Of a stretch of 16,000 nucleotides of DNA, positions 9,940 to 16,000 are shown piece by piece (the first letter of the stretch is position 1; the number at the start of each line of letters is the position of its first letter). The stretch is taken from NCBI GenBank assembly GCA_965233665.1, contig CBDDTG010000069.1:150641-166640 (forward strand), written 5' to 3'. Source of the DNA: Bacterioplanes sp. Lineage in GTDB: Bacteria; Pseudomonadota; Gammaproteobacteria; Pseudomonadales; Oceanobacteraceae. The notes beneath the pieces were generated by a model. It was given only the letters and a program-made list of their open reading frames with translations. It had not been told where the DNA came from and ran no database searches. The translations under genes were made by a program, and so were the position numbers.

Positions 9940-10656
9940 ATGCGTCCCAGTGGCCGTCAGCCCGATCAACTGCGCGATGTGCGCATCACCCGCAACTTTA
10001 CCAAGCACGCCGAAGGCTCGGTGTTGGTGGAGTTTGGTGATACCAAGGTGATATGTACCGCCAGCGTTGAAAATCGGGTGCCGCCTTTTATGCGCGGTGA
10101 AGGCCGAGGCTGGATAACGGCAGAATACGGCATGCTGCCACGCTCTACCGGCTCGCGCATGATTCGCGAAGCGGCCAAAGGCAAGCAGCAAGGCCGCACG
10201 GTGGAAATTTCACGCTTGATTGGCCGCAGCCTGCGCGCCGCGGTGGACCTGGCCAAGCTGGGCGAAAACACCATTACCTTGGATTGCGACGTGATTCAGG
10301 CCGATGGCGGCACTCGCACCGCCGCCATTACCGGCGCTTACGTGGCGCTGGCCGATGCCATTAACGGCTTGCTGGCTGCCGGCAGCATTAAAACCAACCC
10401 GATCAAAAGCCCGATTGCTGCCATTTCGGTGGGCATTTATCAGGGCGAGCCGGTGTTGGATTTGGATTACGCCGAAGACTCTCAGGCCGATACCGATCTC
10501 AACGTCATCATGACTGCGGCCGGCGGCTTTGTAGAAATTCAAGGCACTGCTGAGCAAGAAGCCTTTAGCGCCGACGAGTTAAACGCCATGCTGGCACTGG
10601 CACAAAAGGCCATTGGCGAGCTGGCAGCAGCACAGCAGGCTGCGTTAGACAGCTAA
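9940..10656 (+). CDS. rph: ribonuclease PH
   Basis: 238 aa from [12 protein letters not shown], near-identical in layout to E. coli RNase PH ([50 protein letters not shown]). An AAGGAAG SD lies 7 nt upstream. The ORF-track start at 9907 adds 11 unsupported residues. Confidence 0.96.
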   Translation: MRPSGRQPDQLRDVRITRNFTKHAEGSVLVEFGDTKVICTASVENRVPPFMRGEGRGWITAEYGMLPRSTGSRMIREAAKGKQQGRTVEISRLIGRSLRAAVDLAKLGENTITLDCDVIQADGGTRTAAITGAYVALADAINGLLAAGSIKTNPIKSPIAAISVGIYQGEPVLDLDYAEDSQADTDLNVIMTAAGGFVEIQGTAEQEAFSADELNAMLALAQKAIGELAAAQQAALDS

Positions 10657-10684
10657 GAATAAGCGCCCTGCGGGGCGCTTATTC
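10657..10684 (+). terminator. 12-bp perfect hairpin immediately after the rph stop (candidate intrinsic terminator or attenuator)
   Basis: GAATAAGCGCCC-tgcg-GGGCGCTTATTC: the two arms (10657-10668 and 10673-10684) pair at all 12 positions. The GC core GCGCCC/GGGCGC is followed by TTATTC. The left arm starts 1 nt after TAA (10654-10656). Confidence 0.6.
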
Positions 10685-10926
10685 GAAACGTGTAACCAAG
10701 TGCCATAGCCGTATGTTTTGCGAGCTGCAGATGGATATTGTTGTTGAGCATCAGCTCTAAACATGGATCAATGCAGCACAGCTAGACCCATGCCAAGCCC
10801 TCAGCTGGTCTCTTGCCGAAGAAAAGCTAAGCCAAGCAAGTGAGGGTCTTGCTGGTAAAAAAACTAACCCTATGAGCCTAACCCGTTAGCGTGTTATTCG
10901 CTGCTAGAGCCATCATTGAGAAACAG

Positions 10927-13596
10927 ATGCAAAAACTGACGCTTAACAAACTGTCCAGCAAGTTATTCAAAGCCTGCGACATACTTCGAGGCAAAATGGA
11001 TGCCTCTGAGTACAAGGAATACATTTTCGGCATCCTGTTCCTTAAACGTATGTCAGACCAGTTCCATAAGGATTACCAAGCCAAAGTTAGTGGGCTAAAA
11101 GCAGAAGGACATGACGATGAAGAGATCGAACTTCTGCTAGAAGACGAAGAACAGTTTGATTTCTTTGTGCCGGAAAAAGCGCGTTGGGAAAACCTCAAGC
11201 ACTTGAAAACCAACGTCGGCTCTGGGCTTAACAAAGCGCTGGAAGCATTGGAAGAGAGCAATACCAAGAAAGGCTTGGAAGGCGTGCTCAAGCACATTAA
11301 CTTCAACCGTAAGGTGGGTAAAAAGCCTATCCCTGATGAGCGCCTGGTCGAGTTCATCCAGCACTTTGACAGCATCCCTCTCTCAAATGACGATTTTGAG
11401 TTCCCCGATCTTTTAGGCGCAGCCTACGAATACTTGATCAAATACTTCGCCGACAGCGCGGGCAAAAAAGGTGGTGAGTTTTATACCCCTGCTGAAGTAG
11501 TGCGCTTGCTGGTAGAAATTCTTGAGCCTGCTGAAGGCATGGAGATCTACGATCCGACCTGTGGCTCGGGCGGTATGCTGATCCAAAGCCGCAACTACGT
11601 GCAGGAAACGGGCGGCAACGTTAAGAAAATTCACCTGTTCGGCCAAGAAGACAATGGCGGCACCTGGTCTATCTGTAAGATGAACATGATCTTGCATGGA
11701 ACAGGTGGCGCAGACATTGAAAATGGTGACACGCTAGCCACACCGCTGCACCGAACCAAAGATGGTGAACCTCGTCCTTTCGATCGCGTCATTGCTAACC
11801 CGCCGTTTTCACAAAACTATAAGAAAGTGGATGTGCAGCTTAAAGAACGCTTCAACACCTTTATGCCAGAGTCTGGTAAGAAAGCGGACTTGATGTTTGT
11901 GCAACACATGGTGGCCTCGCTCAAAGCGAATGGTAAAGCTGCCGTGGTCATGCCTCATGGCGTATTGTTCCGTGGCGCAGAAGAGCGTACTTGCCGGCAA
12001 GACTTCATTGAGCGCGGCATTCTTGAAGCCGTGATTGGTTTGCCACAAGGTTTGTTCTACGGTACGGGCATTCCTGCCTGTGTGTTGGTGTTGAATAAAG
12101 CAGGGTGTAAAAACCGTGACTCAGTGCTGTTTATTAATGCCGACCGTGAATATCGTGAAGGCAAAAACCAAAACAGCCTACGGCCTGAAGATATTGAGAA
12201 AATCACCAGCGTCTATAAAGCCATGCTGGAAGATGAAGAGCACCCTGGCGTCGAAAAATATGCGCGCTTGGTTCACAAAAACGAACTCAAGCGTGAAGAT
12301 TACAACCTCAATATTCGCCGCTATGTCGACAACAGCCCAGCACCAGAGCCTCAAAACGTTAAAGCACACTTAAACGGCGGTATTCCAACCAAAGAAATTG
12401 ATGCACTGCAAAGCACTTGGAGAGATTATCCAGGCTTGCAAGAAAGCCTGTTTGTTCCACGTGCTAACAACGAGTTCCAAGACTTTGCCGACGAGTTTGA
12501 AGCGCTGTCATCGCTCAAACCGCATATTGAAAACTTCCCAGCTGTACTGAAAAAACATGCTGTTTTCCAAGCCGCGTTGGATGATTGGAAACAAGACTTT
12601 GCCGGCTTTGAAGCGTTGGGGGACAAAAAGCTCGGTGATGAAGGTGTATTTGCACTGCGCCGCGAATCTCTGAACACCATTGAAAAGCACCTAATGCCAA
12701 TCAACCTACTGAACCAATACAAGGTGCGTGGTGCATTGGCGGATTGGTTTAAAACCCTGGAAGCAGATTTCAAATCTGTTGCTGCAAGCGGCTGGAATGC
12801 CGAGCTTATTCCTGACGAAGTGCTGTTCGCCAGCCAGTGCGCGGATGTGGTGGAAGAGCTGGAGAGCAAACAGGCGCGTATCAGCGAGCTGCAAGCCTTT
12901 GCCGATGCAGCCGATGAAGAAGACTACGAGCCGACCGATGAAAACCCTGCGCTGCCGTCTGAGTATGTTAAACAGCTTAAAGACGAGCTGAAAGAACACA
13001 AAGCAACGATCAAAACCAGCCTTGCAGTGCTGAAGGCTCAAATTAAAGATGCGTTTACCCAGCTGAAAAACAGTGCTGAGCTACCCAAAGGTACCAAGCA
13101 AGGTGACTTTACCAAGGGGTTAACGGGCAAAGAGCTGAACTTTGCTGTTCATAGCGAGATCCTTGCGCTTGCGGATGAACTCGGCGTTCAGTTGGATAAC
13201 CTTGAGCTGATCAAAGCGCACGCGCGAAAAGGTGCAGTGGCTGTGGCTGAAGCAACTGCGATTGAAGCCAAGCTGGCAGCACACAAAGCGTTAGAAGATG
13301 AATTGAAACAGCTGAAAGCAGAAATCAAGGAAACCGAAAAACGCCGTGATGAACTGCTTGAGGCTGCCCGCGCGGCAATCACGCCAGAACAGGCGAAAGT
13401 GTTGATTCTGGACCGGTTCAAAACTGAGTTGGATCGCCAATACCAAAGTTATGTGCGTGCCTTGTTGCTTGACCGTATTGCTGCTATCGAGAACCTACAC
13501 CGCAAATACCAAGTGACCGCCAAAAGCATTATTGCCAAGCGAGAGCAGGAAGCGAGCAAGTTAGCTGGCTTTATGAAGGAGCTGGGGTATGAGTGA
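10927..13596 (+). CDS. hsdM: Type I restriction-modification system methyltransferase subunit, unusually long (889 aa)
   Basis: The N-terminus [32 protein letters not shown] is HsdM_N-like. AdoMet motif I is DPTCGSGGM (11551-11577) and catalytic motif IV is NPPF (11797-11808). [15 protein letters not shown] (12295-12339) normally lies near the HsdM C-terminus, but about 418 more residues follow. The start is placed at ATG 10927 rather than GTG 10891. The stop overlaps the hsdS start (ATGAGTGA). Confidence 0.92.
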   Translation: MQKLTLNKLSSKLFKACDILRGKMDASEYKEYIFGILFLKRMSDQFHKDYQAKVSGLKAEGHDDEEIELLLEDEEQFDFFVPEKARWENLKHLKTNVGSGLNKALEALEESNTKKGLEGVLKHINFNRKVGKKPIPDERLVEFIQHFDSIPLSNDDFEFPDLLGAAYEYLIKYFADSAGKKGGEFYTPAEVVRLLVEILEPAEGMEIYDPTCGSGGMLIQSRNYVQETGGNVKKIHLFGQEDNGGTWSICKMNMILHGTGGADIENGDTLATPLHRTKDGEPRPFDRVIANPPFSQNYKKVDVQLKERFNTFMPESGKKADLMFVQHMVASLKANGKAAVVMPHGVLFRGAEERTCRQDFIERGILEAVIGLPQGLFYGTGIPACVLVLNKAGCKNRDSVLFINADREYREGKNQNSLRPEDIEKITSVYKAMLEDEEHPGVEKYARLVHKNELKREDYNLNIRRYVDNSPAPEPQNVKAHLNGGIPTKEIDALQSTWRDYPGLQESLFVPRANNEFQDFADEFEALSSLKPHIENFPAVLKKHAVFQAALDDWKQDFAGFEALGDKKLGDEGVFALRRESLNTIEKHLMPINLLNQYKVRGALADWFKTLEADFKSVAASGWNAELIPDEVLFASQCADVVEELESKQARISELQAFADAADEEDYEPTDENPALPSEYVKQLKDELKEHKATIKTSLAVLKAQIKDAFTQLKNSAELPKGTKQGDFTKGLTGKELNFAVHSEILALADELGVQLDNLELIKAHARKGAVAVAEATAIEAKLAAHKALEDELKQLKAEIKETEKRRDELLEAARAAITPEQAKVLILDRFKTELDRQYQSYVRALLLDRIAAIENLHRKYQVTAKSIIAKREQEASKLAGFMKELGYE

Positions 13597-14851
13597 TTAT
13601 CCATGGCTGCCCCTAAGTGATTTGCTAAGTTCAATTGTTGGAGGGGGAACTCCGCCAAGAGGAGAACCATCATTCTGGAGTGGTGACATTCCATGGGCCA
13701 GCGTCAAGGATTTTGAAGATGGTAGGTTATCTTTGTCAAACACGCAGGAAACTATCAGTGAAAAAGGTTTGTTGAATAGCACTGCAAAATTAATTCCTGC
13801 TGGCACTCCCATTATGTGTGCTCGTATGGCTGTTGGACGAGTAGCCCTTAATTCCCGACCTGTAGCAATTAACCAAGATTTGAAAGCATTGTTACTGAGA
13901 GAAGAAGTTAACTCTAAGTATCTTTGTTATTTGATCCAACATTTTCAAAGAGAGCTGGATTCAAATGCAATTGGTTCGACTGTTAAAGGTATCTCAACGG
14001 ATGCAATCAAACGTTTTAAAGTGCCATACGTTGAGAGTGAGAGAGTTCAGCAAACTATTGCTAGTATTCTGACTACCATCGACAACCAAATCGACGCCAC
14101 TCAAGCCCTTATCGACAAATACACGGCTATCAAGCAAGGCATGATGGCGGACTTATTTAGCCGAGGTATCGACCCAGAAACCAAAGCCCTTCGGCCAAAG
14201 ACTGAACAAGCGCCAGAGCGTTATAAAAAAACACCTTTGGGGATGTTGCCTAAGGAGTGGGATGTGGTTCCTGCAAGTACAATTTGTGAAAGGGTTATCG
14301 ATTGTAAAAATAGGACTCCGCCAGAACGCAATGAAGGGTTTGCTGTGATAAAAACCTCAAATATAAAAAATGGCGAGTTGATGGAAGATTCTCTGACATT
14401 TACAGATGGGCATTCGTATCATTTATGGACAGCTAGAGGCATACCTCAACCTGGCGATGTAGTCATAACTCGTGAAGCACCGGTTGGTGAATCATTTTTA
14501 ATTACGGATGAAATGCCATCAATGTGCCTTGGCCAAAGAACTATGTTGTATCGTCCAGACCCAGAAGCCATACAGCCAATGTTTATGTATTTTGCTACAA
14601 GGTCGCCTCGTTTTATGAAAAAGTTGATAGATATGGCCGGCGGTTCAACGGTAGGTCACGTGAGGGTTGGGGACATTAAAGATATGGTATTCCCTAAGCC
14701 CGAGTTGGTCGAGCAAGAGCTCATTTCACAAGTATGCCTGTCAATCAGTAACAAGTTGCGCTCTGAAAAAGAATTTTTGGAAAAGCTAATTTCTCAAAAA
14801 GCAGGCCTAATGCAAGACCTCTTAACAGGCAAAGTCCCCGTACCCGCATAA
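13589..14851 (+). CDS. hsdS: Type I restriction-modification system specificity subunit
   Basis: 420 aa with two dissimilar target-recognition domains (TRDs). They are separated and followed by the paired conserved helices [41 protein letters not shown] and [41 protein letters not shown]. It overlaps hsdM by 8 nt, indicating translational coupling. Confidence 0.9.
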   Translation: MSDYPWLPLSDLLSSIVGGGTPPRGEPSFWSGDIPWASVKDFEDGRLSLSNTQETISEKGLLNSTAKLIPAGTPIMCARMAVGRVALNSRPVAINQDLKALLLREEVNSKYLCYLIQHFQRELDSNAIGSTVKGISTDAIKRFKVPYVESERVQQTIASILTTIDNQIDATQALIDKYTAIKQGMMADLFSRGIDPETKALRPKTEQAPERYKKTPLGMLPKEWDVVPASTICERVIDCKNRTPPERNEGFAVIKTSNIKNGELMEDSLTFTDGHSYHLWTARGIPQPGDVVITREAPVGESFLITDEMPSMCLGQRTMLYRPDPEAIQPMFMYFATRSPRFMKKLIDMAGGSTVGHVRVGDIKDMVFPKPELVEQELISQVCLSISNKLRSEKEFLEKLISQKAGLMQDLLTGKVPVPA

Positions 14852-14865
14852 CAAAAAATAAAAAT

Positions 14866-14890
14866 GGCAGCAGGCCAACGCCTCGCTGCC
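14866..14890 (+). promoter_or_regulatory. imperfect stem-loop in the 59-nt hsdS-hsdR spacer
   Basis: GGCAGC-AGGC-caac-GCCT-c-GCTGCC: 10 paired positions with one bulged C. It is preceded by an A-rich run and followed by AAGGA (14897-14901) and the hsdR ATG. Function unknown. Confidence 0.3.
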
Positions 14891-14910
14891 AGCAATAAGG
14901 ATATCAAACA

Positions 14911-16000
14911 ATGTCAGAGTACCAACTGGTAGAAAAGCCGCTGCTAAAACAGCTTAAAAGCATGGGCTGGGATGTAACGGATTTAGGGCAAGGTGTGCCG
15001 ACCGACCCAACCACCAGCTTTCGCAGCTCTTTTCGTGAAGTCATCTTAAAAGACATTTTTAAAACCGCAGTACACCGCATCAATACCACTGATGACGGCA
15101 AGCCTTGGCTGACGGATAGCCAACTCGATGTCTTGCTCAATGATGTCACCGACTTTGGTACTCACAAATTACTGGCGGCCAATGAAGAGTTTATTGGCCG
15201 TTTGCACAAATGGCAGCTTGACCGTAACGAGCTGACCGGAGAAGAAGACCCGGTTGTTAAGCTGATTGATTTTGATGACTGGGAAAACAACACCTTCACC
15301 GCCATCAACCAGTTCCGCGTTGATACGCCAGGGCTTGGTAAAGAGCACATTCGCCCAGACATTGTACTGTTCGTCAATGGCCTACCGCTGGTGGTGATTG
15401 AGTGTAAAGAGCAGTCACAGCATTGCTGCAACCCAATGGCTGCAGGCATTGACCAATTGCGCCGCTATGCAGACTTGCGCGAGCCTGAACACAGCAAACT
15501 GCGTGAAGGTGAACCTGCTCTGTTCTTTACCAACCAGTTGATGATCAGCACCTACGGTGATGATTGTAAAGTGGGCACCATCACCTCGAATGAAGATTAT
15601 TACTTCAACTGGAAAACCATCTACCCCGATACCGAGCCCTATATCGCACCGGAAATTGGCACCCATCGCAGCCAGGAAAAGCTCGTTAAGGGCATGCTTC
15701 ACCCACAACGGCTGCTTGATATCACCCGTTGTTTTACCCTGTTTATGGATACTGACAACGGCCCACGTGTAAAAGTGATTTGCCGTTACCAGCAATTTCG
15801 CGCGGTGCAGAAAATCATTGAGTGTATGGAGCAGGGTGAAACGGGCATTCAACGCTCCGGTGTAGTTTGGCATACCCAGGGAAGCGGAAAAAGCCTGACC
15901 ATGGTGTTCTTGGTGCGCAAGCTTCGTCGCCATCCAGAGCTGAAAAGCTACAAGGTACTGATGGTCAACGACCGCAGTGATCTTGAAGAGCAACTAACCA
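14911..16000 (+). CDS. hsdR: Type I restriction enzyme R (endonuclease/helicase) subunit, partial (3' end beyond window)
   Basis: I translated 14911-16000 by hand: 363 codons with no stop, MSEYQLVEKPLLKQLKSMGW. It is missing from the ORF track because it is open-ended. The PD-(D/E)xK nuclease motif is RPD (15352-15360) ... IECK (15397-15408). The Q-tip-like RYQQFRAV and helicase motif I GSGKS (15880-15894) are present. Confidence 0.9.
   Translation, partial: MSEYQLVEKPLLKQLKSMGWDVTDLGQGVPTDPTTSFRSSFREVILKDIFKTAVHRINTTDDGKPWLTDSQLDVLLNDVTDFGTHKLLAANEEFIGRLHKWQLDRNELTGEEDPVVKLIDFDDWENNTFTAINQFRVDTPGLGKEHIRPDIVLFVNGLPLVVIECKEQSQHCCNPMAAGIDQLRRYADLREPEHSKLREGEPALFFTNQLMISTYGDDCKVGTITSNEDYYFNWKTIYPDTEPYIAPEIGTHRSQEKLVKGMLHPQRLLDITRCFTLFMDTDNGPRVKVICRYQQFRAVQKIIECMEQGETGIQRSGVVWHTQGSGKSLTMVFLVRKLRRHPELKSYKVLMVNDRSDLEEQLT

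Noticed and set aside
10834-10863. Stem-loop AGCAAG-tgagggt-CTTGCT followed by an A7 run upstream of hsdM.
   Set aside because: An A-run rather than a T-run follows it on the plus strand. On the minus strand the T-run precedes the stem. It is therefore not an intrinsic terminator in either orientation, and the stem is only 6 bp.
10891-10926. GTG-initiated 12-codon extension of hsdM, and similarly the 9907-9939 extension of rph.
   Set aside because: There is no SD before the upstream starts. Homolog N-termini align to the internal ATGs, which do have SD-like sequences.
14225-14231. A7 homopolymer in the hsdS central region (RYKKTP) as a phase-variation tract.
   Set aside because: Seven bases is shorter than the tracts that typically drive slipped-strand switching, and there is no other simple-sequence repeat in hsdM, hsdS or hsdR.

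Overview
Gammaproteobacterial chromosomal window. Most of it is a conserved housekeeping block, and a Type I restriction-modification (R-M) locus sits at the right end. Positions 1-7020 carry eight co-directional minus-strand genes: gmk, rpoZ, spoT, a NIPSNAP-like gene, a TauE/SafE permease, lgt, thyA and a partial degenerate-GGDEF protein. Positions 7078-9828 hold a membrane-anchored hypothetical gene interrupted by an in-frame TAG, a convergent cytochrome c'/cytochrome b561 pair, and yicC. rph (9940-10656) diverges from yicC and ends in a strong hairpin. Where E. coli and many relatives have pyrE, the window instead carries hsdM-hsdS-hsdR (10927 to the window end). This locus has lower GC than the core, and hsdS is the most AT-rich part. 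Its most unusual feature is an 889-aa HsdM: a complete N6-adenine methyltransferase core followed by a ~418-aa helical, coiled-coil-like C-terminal extension. I found no rRNA, tRNA, CRISPR array, transposase or integrase. I see no clearly new multi-gene system. The long HsdM and the amber-interrupted gene are the best leads. All calls come from reading translations and motifs, with no database search.
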